Shown here: positions 9,801-18,341 of the stretch, one piece after another
Position numbering within the stretch: position 1 is the first letter of the stretch
Layout of the letters: each line of letters starts with the position of its first letter
Origin: an uncultured Candidatus Peribacteria bacterium
GTDB taxonomy: Bacteria; Patescibacteriota; Gracilibacteria; RBG-16-42-10
DNA: 64,000 nucleotides
Assembly: GCA_964512325.1 (NCBI GenBank)
Contig: CAZEGN010000001.1
Span: forward strand, 89,483-153,482
Direction: 5' to 3'
Position numbers and translations under genes: made by a program
The notes under the pieces: model-generated
The model's input: the letters and a program-made list of their open reading frames with translations, nothing else
Databases searched by the model: none
What the model was told of the DNA's origin: nothing

Positions 9801-10648
9801 AGCGCTAATTGTGTTATTGCTTCATCTTTAAATGGATAGTCTTCTTGGTAGCCGCGGTACTCAAAGTATGACACAGCCGCCAGATACTCTATTCCCGTAA
9901 AGCAAAACAACTTCTCTCGCTCTAGGGCTTGTGGTTTACGCCCTAGGTAGGCTCCTAATAACTCAGTTGCCGCCAGAGCATCACTACCTAATACACGCCA
10001 GACAAACTTGGCCAAATCACTGTATACATCTCCTTGACCAGTGCGCTCAAAGTCGAGCAATGCAAAAGGTTGCTCTGCTGCTTGTGCATAAAGAATATTA
10101 CCGGCATTGAGGTCACCATGGATTAAGTCGGCTGACCTCACCTCAAATGAATCTAAAGCGTTCTTTATACGTGCAGACATCTTTAAAGCCAAACTGCACT
10201 CTTCAGCTTTTAAATGCCGTGCAGAATGAAAGTTCTGCTCATAAAGTGCCAGCATTTTTCTGATATTACTCTTTGTCATTGTTGGAACAGGGAGTTGATG
10301 GAATGACTTTAGTGTATTGGCGAAGACAGGCAATTCTTGATCTAGCAAAGTGGACTTTTTTAAAGGTTGACCGACGAGAAACGTCATCATTAGTACTAGC
10401 CTTTGATCATCAGCATGTATGAGTTTAGGCACTCGAAAATCCAGCTTATGACCGGCTAAAGTCTCAAGCCAGTACTTTTCAGCCTGATAATGCGCTGCTG
10501 TATCATATGCTTTGATGACCCCAGACACATCTTCAGGCAGAGTGACCTCAAGTAAGCAATTTTGAAATGTACGACGCACCGACTTGATTTTCGCAGCCGG
10601 AAATAGGTCACTAATATGTTCTACCGATAGCAATGGCATGATAGGCAA
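9791..10648 (-). CDS. APH/choline-kinase-fold phosphotransferase
   Basis: LIHGDLNAGNILY ... LLDFERTGQGDVYSDLAKF (Brenner/APH catalytic and DFE/DxD motifs). Confidence 0.7.
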   Translation of the reverse strand: MPIMPLLSVEHISDLFPAAKIKSVRRTFQNCLLEVTLPEDVSGVIKAYDTAAHYQAEKYWLETLAGHKLDFRVPKLIHADDQRLVLMMTFLVGQPLKKSTLLDQELPVFANTLKSFHQLPVPTMTKSNIRKMLALYEQNFHSARHLKAEECSLALKMSARIKNALDSFEVRSADLIHGDLNAGNILYAQAAEQPFALLDFERTGQGDVYSDLAKFVWRVLGSDALAATELLGAYLGRKPQALEREKLFCFTGIEYLAAVSYFEYRGYQEDYPFKDEAITQLALCT

Positions 10649-11204
10649 GACTGTTATCTAAAAAGTAATGTGTTAATGAGCAATGAGGAATTTTCATGAG
10701 CAAGACTTCACGATCAATATGGCGCATATAGGCAATTGCAGCCCGAATAACATTTTCATGAGAAACTATCCCGATATTTTGATAGGTGCTTTCTTTTGCT
10801 AATCTCTCTAAAAACTTGCCCACCCGAATCTTTACATCATCGAGACTTTCCCCTTCTTGATGATGAAAGTGATAAGGATCTTCACGATAGGCCGCGTCCA
10901 CCTCCGCAGGAATATCTTTAATATGAACATTAGTCATCAAACCGAAGTCTTGCTCTTTCAGCTCTTCACTCGTGATTAATGGAATACTTTTAGCTGCAGT
11001 TAAAATTTCTGCAGTTTCCTGAGCTCTGGTATTCGAGCTCACAAAAAGCACCTCTAAAGGTAGCATTTGTACCACTTTTGCCAGGCTCTTTGCCTCTGCT
11101 ATTCCCTTTTCTGTTAAAGGCGAGTCACTGCGACCACCCATTAGTTTTTGTTCAAGATTTGCTTTGGTTTCACCATGACGGAAAAAGTAAATGTTTTTGG
11201 TCAT
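10611..11204 (-). CDS. histidine phosphatase (phosphoglycerate-mutase-like) family protein
   Basis: IYFFRHGETKANL (RHG catalytic motif) and a later SHENVIRA. Confidence 0.75.
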   Translation of the reverse strand: MTKNIYFFRHGETKANLEQKLMGGRSDSPLTEKGIAEAKSLAKVVQMLPLEVLFVSSNTRAQETAEILTAAKSIPLITSEELKEQDFGLMTNVHIKDIPAEVDAAYREDPYHFHHQEGESLDDVKIRVGKFLERLAKESTYQNIGIVSHENVIRAAIAYMRHIDREVLLMKIPHCSLTHYFLDNSLAYHAIAIGRTY

Positions 11205-12778
11205 AAAAGTTGATTAAGTAAGTAAAGCCCTTGCAAGAAAAACTGTTTTTTTAACGCTTTGTTCTCATAACAACGAATCATGCTTAAAAAGCAAAGCGCC
11301 TCAATCCACATCACATCCGCGATTGGAATCCGGTATTGATCCAATAAAGGTTGAATATTTTTGACCGATTGCCACATGTCAGTCGGCAATTCAAAGGAGA
11401 ATGAGTTGTGACCGGTTTCTCGAAATTTCACCAAGCCTCGTTTTAAGTACTCATAGCCACCATGCAGTGAGTGCAGAAGTTTGGCTAAGTCATAACGGAT
11501 ATCACCATAAATTGAATATTGATTACCCCAAGTACCACGAGGATCGACGAAGAAAAAAACATGAGCATAAGGGTCATACAAAATATTGGCGAGGTGCAAG
11601 TCACCATGAATAACTCTAATCTTTGTTGTTTTAGCCAATTGTTTCGCCTTATTTAACAAAGTCTCATGTAGCTGTTCAAAGCCAATAACTTTTTTACCAT
11701 TAAGTAACCAATACTTAACTTCCGCAAGCTCTTTAGAATCTTGCTGCACCAAATCAATCACTCTTTGGCCATACATCCAATTCGTTTGAGCTTTACCAGC
11801 TAGCCAGTGTCCTGATTTGCTGTAGAAGTGCTTCTGCAATGAAGCCAGTAAACCTTGCCAAATATGACTTATTCCTTGATTTTGAATTCTTTCAAATAAC
11901 GCATAATAAGCCAATGACCGAACAGGAATATATCCTAGCTTTAGTTTGTGCGCCGTGCTTGATAACACTCGTGGCATTATTTCTGGCGCTTGAAAATGAC
12001 GATAAAAGTATTGTTCACGTTCAATATCACTGTGTTTTGTTTTTTTTATGACTACATTATCCTGACGAACAACCTGAACTTTCTTATAAGTAGAAAATGA
12101 TTCAGTGAGAGCATGCAGGTGTTTAACATTTCCTATATCAGACCAATCTTTTCTAAGCCTTACCTGAATCCCATCTAATTGATTATAAGCCAATAAAAGG
12201 GTACTTATCTCTACATTCTCTCTATTTAGGGTAGCAAGTGCCTGACGAAATAATTGGGCCCGCTTAAAAAAGTAGCATCCGCACAGGGCAGTACCTGCCT
12301 CTGCAGTAGTTGGTTTATCGACAATTGTATTTATTTCACCAGTCGCTGAAGAAGTTACTATCGCCCAAGCTGATGACTCTGCAACTTTTGCAGCGAGCAC
12401 AAAGCTCTGAACAAAATCCTTTTCTTTAAATGGCTTCGTAAATAATGTATCAGCCAAGTGTATACATATCTCGTCTACATGCTGTAACTCTTCACTCGAT
12501 TGGATAATAGCGGACAACAAGCCGCTGGCATTTTCTTGAACGATCAACTTAATTGGCCAGCATTGCTGATAAGTGTGACATATCGTATCGAAGCGTTCTT
12601 TCTCATGTGGACTCACAATGATAATCACCCCAGCCAATGATACTTGTTGATAAAGTGCTAATATTTTGGCAAGAATCGGCTCATCACCAAAAGGAACTAA
12701 CACTTTCGGGTAAAAGTTACTCAAAGGACTAAGCCGCGTTGCCAAGCCGGCAGTGGGAATAAGGAGGTATCTCTTCAT
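11201..12778 (-). CDS. fusion protein: N-terminal nucleotidyltransferase + C-terminal APH-fold kinase (LicC/LicA-like arrangement)
   Basis: N-terminus LIPTAGLATRLSPLSNFYPKVLVPF (G-x-G-T-R-L NTP-transferase loop). C-terminus VIHGDLHLANILYDP ... FFVDPRG ... GDIRYDLAKL (kinase). Confidence 0.65.
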   Translation of the reverse strand: MKRYLLIPTAGLATRLSPLSNFYPKVLVPFGDEPILAKILALYQQVSLAGVIIIVSPHEKERFDTICHTYQQCWPIKLIVQENASGLLSAIIQSSEELQHVDEICIHLADTLFTKPFKEKDFVQSFVLAAKVAESSAWAIVTSSATGEINTIVDKPTTAEAGTALCGCYFFKRAQLFRQALATLNRENVEISTLLLAYNQLDGIQVRLRKDWSDIGNVKHLHALTESFSTYKKVQVVRQDNVVIKKTKHSDIEREQYFYRHFQAPEIMPRVLSSTAHKLKLGYIPVRSLAYYALFERIQNQGISHIWQGLLASLQKHFYSKSGHWLAGKAQTNWMYGQRVIDLVQQDSKELAEVKYWLLNGKKVIGFEQLHETLLNKAKQLAKTTKIRVIHGDLHLANILYDPYAHVFFFVDPRGTWGNQYSIYGDIRYDLAKLLHSLHGGYEYLKRGLVKFRETGHNSFSFELPTDMWQSVKNIQPLLDQYRIPIADVMWIEALCFLSMIRCYENKALKKQFFLQGLYLLNQLL

Positions 12779-12781
12779 AAT

Positions 12782-14050
12782 TTAATATGATTGCAAAACA
12801 TGCTTTGCCGTAATGAGTGCCGCAAAGGTTGGATTAAATAGACCGGTTGAAGATAGAGTGGCTTGGCCAGCAATTGCTACATTCTTCATAAAGTGGACCC
12901 TCAACTGTTCATCTACAACCTCTGGAAAAACAGCGCCTCCAGCCAAGTGTCCAGCAAAGAAAAATGGAAAATGCTGATTTAAAAGAACAACACGCTCATC
13001 TTGAAAGAAGTGTTTCTGCAAATAAGGCAATAACACTCTTCTTTGCTGACGTAGAGTATTAAGAAACACAGCGTTTAGGCTGGCTTTATCAGCCGATTTA
13101 CCAGAAACTTGAAGACGGGAGTGGGCTAACTTGGGAAATTGATAAATGAGCGCGACCCGTAAAAAACATTGTTCAAAGTCCAAAGTCGCGTATTGTGGCA
13201 AGCGCATTCTGGTACGCTTTATTAATTCTTCTCTAGGTGGAGCGATATGGAACTCTAATCGATAGGGTATGTCTTGATAAGACCGGTCCTGATAGCAAAA
13301 ACCAGGCAGTGTCGTTCTCGGCACAATGGTACCTGGCAGTAACAGACCAAAAGATGTTTGGGCATGATCTGAAAAGTATCTGCCGATCAGTTTATGAGCT
13401 CTTAACTTGTTCATCACACAAGTACGAGCAAGCAAAGCAATGGTGCTAGGAGTATGACAGGCCAAAACAAACTGCTTTGCTGCAACAATCTTTTCTCGAC
13501 CATGCTCATCAGTGCACACCAGTTTTTTTGCCTCACCTTTTTCGATAATAAAGTACTGTGCCTGTAGGAATTGAGAATCGTCTGAGGAAAAACGCCACAT
13601 TGGCTTTTGAAACCGCCAATACTGATCATATGCGAGTCGCTCCATGAAGGTTGGCCCAGTAATTTCATGATGAGCACAGTGAAAGAACTGTGTCATGGCA
13701 CCAGGAAATATGCTTTGCAAAGTAGCTACAAATTCTTTGTAAGCAGGCTGACTGATTAGTGAAGATAAACTTTTCAGTGCTAGCTCCTCTTTGAGTTCTT
13801 GTTCATATATTTGATACTTGTTCCAGGAAAAAGGAAAAATGTCTCTATCCTGTCTGGTAGGAAAAGAAAAAATGCCTGTCGCTTTTTCTTGCCAGGTGTC
13901 GTTTACACCCAAATAGTTTTCTATTTTATACTCACCGCTTGAATGATATTGTTGATTGTGTCCGCTAATCCAAAGCACATCACGACCAGCCAAATGATGT
14001 GCCAGGTATTTGCCAACAATGCCGCTGCCGACAACACAAATTTCAGTCAT
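12782..14050 (-). CDS. FAD-dependent oxidoreductase (GMC-like C-terminus)
   Basis: ICVVGSGIVGKYLA dinucleotide-binding motif. The C-terminal GQATLSSTGLFNPTFAALITAKHV resembles GMC oxidoreductase ends. Confidence 0.55.
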   Translation of the reverse strand: MTEICVVGSGIVGKYLAHHLAGRDVLWISGHNQQYHSSGEYKIENYLGVNDTWQEKATGIFSFPTRQDRDIFPFSWNKYQIYEQELKEELALKSLSSLISQPAYKEFVATLQSIFPGAMTQFFHCAHHEITGPTFMERLAYDQYWRFQKPMWRFSSDDSQFLQAQYFIIEKGEAKKLVCTDEHGREKIVAAKQFVLACHTPSTIALLARTCVMNKLRAHKLIGRYFSDHAQTSFGLLLPGTIVPRTTLPGFCYQDRSYQDIPYRLEFHIAPPREELIKRTRMRLPQYATLDFEQCFLRVALIYQFPKLAHSRLQVSGKSADKASLNAVFLNTLRQQRRVLLPYLQKHFFQDERVVLLNQHFPFFFAGHLAGGAVFPEVVDEQLRVHFMKNVAIAGQATLSSTGLFNPTFAALITAKHVLQSY

Positions 14051-14051
14051 A

Positions 14052-14085
14052 AATCACTTTACCTGCTCTACAGGTTAAAGTGATT
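14052..14085 (-). promoter_or_regulatory. 5'-UTR hairpin abutting the start codon of the 12782-14050 operon
   Basis: Arms 14052-14065 / 14071-14085 (AATCACTTTA(A)CCTG) give 14 bp with one bulge and a 5-nt loop. The hairpin ends 1 nt from the ATG (14050). Confidence 0.4.
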
Positions 14086-14187
14086 AAGAGCATGAACCTA
14101 GCAATTTAAAATTAAGATTTTGTGATTCTTCACTACTTTTTAATAGTGATCAAGAACATTATTCTAGAGCCATAGAAGAGTACTAGT

Positions 14188-14841
14188 CTACAAAAACTCT
14201 TTGCACTTTTCTACCACTGCAGCAGCCATTTCATCACTCCATTGATGGGTATGTTTAGATAAAACTGTAGCATCGGTCACCAGCGCACGTGCAATTTCCA
14301 ATTGGTCCAAAGGTGGAACGAAAAGATCATTTTCAGCAAATACAAGATTTACCGAGCCCGCTACTGCATGATACGTATAGTTGGTAATCAGACCGGGACA
14401 CGCTAACACCACTTTTTTTACCAATTTCGGTGTAAACAAATGAGCCAATAAGCTAATAATTGCTCCCTGGCTATATCCTACTAGTATCACCTCCTTATAA
14501 TATCGTTGTATTGCTGACACCATACCTCCTACATGATCTAGTGCTAGCTCGATATCATCAATATCAAGCTCCATAGGCAGTTCAACATGGCTTCCCTTAA
14601 GCTTTGATAAAATACGACACCAATAATACCGCTCACTGCTAGTTCTTCTTAGTCCTACTGCAGCCATAACATCTGCTCGAATATGTTGCTGTAACTGCTC
14701 TACCTTTTTGGCTGTTTCAGCCAAAGAAACAAATGCACCATCTAGAAAAAGTACCGCACTGGCCGTTCTTTTATCAACAGGAAGCGACTCGATATCTTTT
14801 ATGTCTCTTAGTAACACTACATTAATAATTAATGAGGACAA
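14188..14841 (-). CDS. alpha/beta-hydrolase (carboxylesterase/phospholipase-like)
   Basis: LVGYSQGAII nucleophile elbow (GxSxG). Its size and late His are typical of small serine hydrolases. Confidence 0.6.
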   Translation of the reverse strand: MSSLIINVVLLRDIKDIESLPVDKRTASAVLFLDGAFVSLAETAKKVEQLQQHIRADVMAAVGLRRTSSERYYWCRILSKLKGSHVELPMELDIDDIELALDHVGGMVSAIQRYYKEVILVGYSQGAIISLLAHLFTPKLVKKVVLACPGLITNYTYHAVAGSVNLVFAENDLFVPPLDQLEIARALVTDATVLSKHTHQWSDEMAAAVVEKCKEFL

Positions 14842-14960
14842 GTATAAGACGCGTTATATTGAAAGAATACTGCTCACATTAAAAAACACCTGCGATATCC
14901 TAGATTGTGTAAACACTAGTATTACAGATAGCGGCGAGGTGCCGAGAGCCGCTCAGTTAG

Positions 14961-14988
14961 TTGACTATACGTGATATTTCAGTATGCT
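14961..14988 (+). promoter_or_regulatory. candidate promoter of tRNA-Arg
   Basis: TTGACT - 16 nt - TATGCT, ending about 19 nt upstream of the tRNA 5' end. Confidence 0.35.
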
Positions 14989-15006
14989 AGGCATGCTCTT
15001 TTATAT

Positions 15007-15083
15007 GTATCCGTAGCTCAGCTGGATAGAGCGCAACCCTGCGGAGGTTGAGGCCAGAGGTTCGAATCCTCTCGGATACACCA
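15007..15083 (+). tRNA. tRNA-Arg, anticodon GCG, CCA encoded
   Basis: Hand-folded cloverleaf. Acceptor GTATCCG/CGGATAC, D arm GCTC-AGCTGGATA-GAGC, anticodon arm CAACC-CTGCGGA-GGTTG (U33, GCG, G37), T arm AGAGG-TTCGAAT-CCTCT, A73, CCA. Confidence 0.9.
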
Positions 15084-16523
15084 ACGTTGACGATCGTTAC
15101 ATTTGAGTATCAAATCAAATGGTTCGTAGGCTTCGTATACTATTTTTTTGCCTTCGAGCCTGAGGTTCTGAAGTGTCAGTTTTACTATTTGCCTTTTCTG
15201 TTCGACTTCTGAACCCACGAATAGTTCGTGAGCATGCTTAGCAAGCCTTAATACGCATTCAGCTGTGGTGTAATAATTGTCCTCGGCGTTTTTTAAGAGA
15301 GCGAGTCTAGCCTCAATGTCGCTTATTTTATCCTGGAACTGTTGCTGGTAATTGTCATACTCGCTCTCAGTAATACGCCTGTCGAGTCTATCCATGTACA
15401 ACCTTTCGCGTCGACCCAAGTACAATTCTCTTTCTTTAAGCAGCTGATCACTCTGTTCTTTTCGATACTCCATCTTGCCCTTATGTAGATTTTTTAAACT
15501 ATTTGTCAGATCTTCAAGAACATCCTCAGGAAGCTGCATCCCTTTAAAAACTATCTCAAGCTGAGATGTGATATCTTCTTCACGTACCCATGGTGCGCCA
15601 TGTTTCCCATTGTATTGGGTGCAATGGTAGTAGACGTGGCCTTTATGCTTCTCTGGAGTAATAGCCAAGCCACAGTCAGCACAGCGCAATAAGCCACGGT
15701 AATAGTAGGTTTTACCGGCATACTTGAATGGCTTCTTACAAAAACCAGCCTTGACCTGCTGCACCATATCAAACAGCTCTTTAGAGATAATGGGTTTGTA
15801 CCTGTGTGGGTAGGGTTTATCATCCCACTTCATGACACCATAGTAGAATGAATTCTTCAAAATTTTATCTAAGTATCCTTTTGACCAGTCAATACCATAG
15901 TCTTTCTTCAACTTTGCCCTTAAGAGTTCCATCGAAAAAGCCTGGGATGCATATAATTGGTACACCTCCAGAATAACTTTACTAAAAAATGCATCATGCA
16001 CATTATCCTTTTGCCCATTTTCCGTAACAACACATTGATATCCACGAGGAGCTTTTGCAGGATACTCACCCTTTAATAACTTTTGCTGTTGCGACCTCTT
16101 CACGTTATCTCTGAGCTGTAAAACGTAGGATTTGGCAAACATTACGCCCATATCCCAACGCATAATGTCAGAACTGTTAGAATTTTTAGAAATAATGAGG
16201 CCTTCCCTGAGAAAGTGGATTTCAAGCTTGTCTCTTTTGCATAATTCATCAAGCACAGGACTCTCTTTGAAGCTTCTTTGCAAACGATCTATTGTCTCAA
16301 TAATCAAAGCAACTTTCTCATTACTATTTTCGATCTCAACAATTACATCTTCAAATCTTTTTCGTTCTTCCTTCGTAGAGCTCTCATCAATCTTATGCTC
16401 TTTTTTGATCTCAAGGCCTTTTGCCGAACAGTATTGACGCATTTTTGCAACCTGTGCAGGAATCGAATAGCCTTCCTGCATCTGTTCCTTCGTCGACACT
16501 CTAGCAAAGATAATGGCTTTCAT
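15018..16523 (-). CDS. large serine recombinase (integrase); last 66 nt antisense to tRNA-Arg
   Basis: MKAIIFARVSTKEQ resolvase-type catalytic Ser domain, recombinase domain, Zn-ribbon CADCGLAITPEKHKGHVYYHC and a coiled-coil tail. I prefer the Met at 16523 over the track start at 16595. The stop TGA (15018-15020) lies in the tRNA D arm. Confidence 0.85.
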   Translation of the reverse strand: MKAIIFARVSTKEQMQEGYSIPAQVAKMRQYCSAKGLEIKKEHKIDESSTKEERKRFEDVIVEIENSNEKVALIIETIDRLQRSFKESPVLDELCKRDKLEIHFLREGLIISKNSNSSDIMRWDMGVMFAKSYVLQLRDNVKRSQQQKLLKGEYPAKAPRGYQCVVTENGQKDNVHDAFFSKVILEVYQLYASQAFSMELLRAKLKKDYGIDWSKGYLDKILKNSFYYGVMKWDDKPYPHRYKPIISKELFDMVQQVKAGFCKKPFKYAGKTYYYRGLLRCADCGLAITPEKHKGHVYYHCTQYNGKHGAPWVREEDITSQLEIVFKGMQLPEDVLEDLTNSLKNLHKGKMEYRKEQSDQLLKERELYLGRRERLYMDRLDRRITESEYDNYQQQFQDKISDIEARLALLKNAEDNYYTTAECVLRLAKHAHELFVGSEVEQKRQIVKLTLQNLRLEGKKIVYEAYEPFDLILKCNDRQRWCIREDSNLWPQPPQGCALSS

Positions 16524-16527
16524 AAGA

Positions 16528-16704
16528 TTATTTAATACTATCGCGTTCAAGAAAAAGGTCGAGCTGTTCCTTACTGATGCGGTATTGCTTACCAACCTTG
16601 TAAGCCTTTAATTTACCAGCCTTTACCCATCGATACACAGTAAGATAAACCACTTTCAACATCGCTGCTACTTCATCAAGAGTGTAATATTCTATTTGCT
16701 GCAT
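16528..16704 (-). CDS. excisionase/MerR-type helix-turn-helix DNA-binding protein (58 aa)
   Basis: Own translation: MQQIEYYTLDEVAAMLKVVYLTVYRWVKAGKLKAYKVGKQYRISKEQLDLFLERDSIK, the typical 'excisionase family' HTH pattern. It is below the ORF-track size cut-off and sits 9 nt after the Rep-like stop and 4 nt before the recombinase ATG. Confidence 0.6.
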   Translation of the reverse strand: MQQIEYYTLDEVAAMLKVVYLTVYRWVKAGKLKAYKVGKQYRISKEQLDLFLERDSIK

Positions 16705-16712
16705 GATATGCT

Positions 16713-17873
16713 TTAGTTATCTTTATTTAACATCTTACCAAGGCTAGAATCAAGTTTAAGTGGAACAAAAGCTATAAGATGTTCACGAACCAGATCAAAG
16801 GTGTCCTTGCTTGTGGGTAAAGAAATGTCTCTGGCTTCACCCATCAAACGGTACCAACTTCGTGAGTGGCATCGTCCAAACATTAGGCGCAACTCACGAG
16901 TACTAACCCTATCAAGTGCCTGTTTAAGTCCGAAAATTTGTATGATACGACTAATACTCAACTTAGGGTTATGTATTATTAAATCAGCTAGAAAGTCTTT
17001 ATCTGATCTACTTTGATACTTTGCATAAAATGGTCTCTTCTTTTCCATTTCATCAAGAAAGTGAAGAAGTATGGCTTGAGACTTTTTCGAGTCAAACAGA
17101 TCTCGTAGTGTTAAATTGTTAGGCATATTAATCGTCTTCATCAACTGCTTTACCTTTGCTCTTTTGTTCAACCGTACTTCAATGCGCAACACTTCAAATG
17201 GTTTCTTGGTATCAAGCTGGTCGAACAACGATAATTGAATGCCATTGTCCTTTTCAATAGCTCTTTTACCACTTACCTTAGCCTTCTCAAGATCTTTACG
17301 TTTGTCATAAAAGGCTACCTCATAGGAATTACAATGCCATTTGAAGCTGGTCCCATCATTACGAAAATCCGTTTGGTTAACATCTACTGAAAGATTGATA
17401 TTAGCTTCTTTTATTTTCCCAATGTAATAATGCGGCGTAGTACCATCGGTTAAAACGATGTTCTTAGAGTAATGAATCGCTGACACGGGAGCACTTATTA
17501 AAGCATAAGACCAAACCAGAACTCCCATTTCTTTCAAACTCTTTTCTAGCAAATCTATCACTACAGCGAACTCATCATTTTGTAACTCATCAAAGTTGTT
17601 TCCAAATAGTAGCTTCGACAAAGACAACTCAATCCTGAGGGATGCCTCGCAATGCTTGCTCAAGTGATTGTAACGATTTGTAAGAGTAAGACGAGGCCTA
17701 TAAATCCCATTACGCAATTCAGTAGGAGTAGGATTTTGTTTAGAAACAATATAGCCTCTACCACCGAATCTGGACTCATCATCCAATATCCAGCGAGCTG
17801 AAGGTGTGAATTTGTCAGGTTCAAGAATAGTGTATTTCCCCTCGCTAAGCACCAATACTATCGTGTCTATCAT
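16713..17873 (-). CDS. replication-initiation-like protein (phage/plasmid gene II/X-type?)
   Basis: The N-terminal MIDTIVLVL... and LRIELSLSKLLFGNNFDEL resemble, from memory, phage/plasmid replication proteins. No HUH motif was identified. The context with the recombinase supports the call. Confidence 0.4.
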   Translation of the reverse strand: MIDTIVLVLSEGKYTILEPDKFTPSARWILDDESRFGGRGYIVSKQNPTPTELRNGIYRPRLTLTNRYNHLSKHCEASLRIELSLSKLLFGNNFDELQNDEFAVVIDLLEKSLKEMGVLVWSYALISAPVSAIHYSKNIVLTDGTTPHYYIGKIKEANINLSVDVNQTDFRNDGTSFKWHCNSYEVAFYDKRKDLEKAKVSGKRAIEKDNGIQLSLFDQLDTKKPFEVLRIEVRLNKRAKVKQLMKTINMPNNLTLRDLFDSKKSQAILLHFLDEMEKKRPFYAKYQSRSDKDFLADLIIHNPKLSISRIIQIFGLKQALDRVSTRELRLMFGRCHSRSWYRLMGEARDISLPTSKDTFDLVREHLIAFVPLKLDSSLGKMLNKDN

Positions 17874-18138
17874 ACAGCTTAGTTACTTTTTCAAATTTAG
17901 TGATAATGAGCTGCTCAACTAGCTTGGCCATGCTTCTGTTAATTGGATAAAAGATGGCCAAGCTATTGTCTGCCACTTTGCGTGTGGGATAGGTTAAACG
18001 GTATCCACCATGCGGCCTGGTATAAATTCCGATTGAACCACAATAAAAAGCCGAACCAAAAACAAAACTGGCAAAGCCAACTAATCCTAACTTGGGTTTA
18101 ATTGGTATTACTTGAATCTCTGTGATCATCTGCTGCAT
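17845..18138 (-). CDS. SpoVG-like small nucleic-acid-binding protein
   Basis: ITEIQVIPIKPKLGLVGFASFVFGSAFYCGSIGIYTRPHGGYRLTYPTRK...IFYPINRSMAKLVEQLIITKF follows the SpoVG pattern (beta strands, then 'P..R' and 'hP.n...r..i'). It overlaps the Rep-like start by 29 nt. Confidence 0.4.
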   Translation of the reverse strand: MQQMITEIQVIPIKPKLGLVGFASFVFGSAFYCGSIGIYTRPHGGYRLTYPTRKVADNSLAIFYPINRSMAKLVEQLIITKFEKVTKLYDRHDSIGA

Positions 18139-18341
18139 AAGGCTGAGTTAGTTTTAATTTACGATCGACTTCAATAAGAATAGAAAAGAAAGCCGTCAGA
18201 CGATCTAGAGCTTCAACTGACAACTTCTTTTCCGGCAATGTTTTCTTTACGTCATCATCACTCACTGGCATTCTCTAAAGTCGCCGTGAGATTAGAGAAA
18301 CCAGAGAGGTACCCAGTGGGACCCGTTGTGGTACCACTAAG

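Noticed and set aside
18088-18261. Possible 57-aa ORF (MPVSDDDVKKTLPEKKLSVEALDRLTAFFSILIEVDRKL...) upstream of the SpoVG-like gene
   Set aside because: It overlaps the SpoVG-like start by ~50 nt in another frame, and has no motif and no clear RBS. It is kept only as a note.
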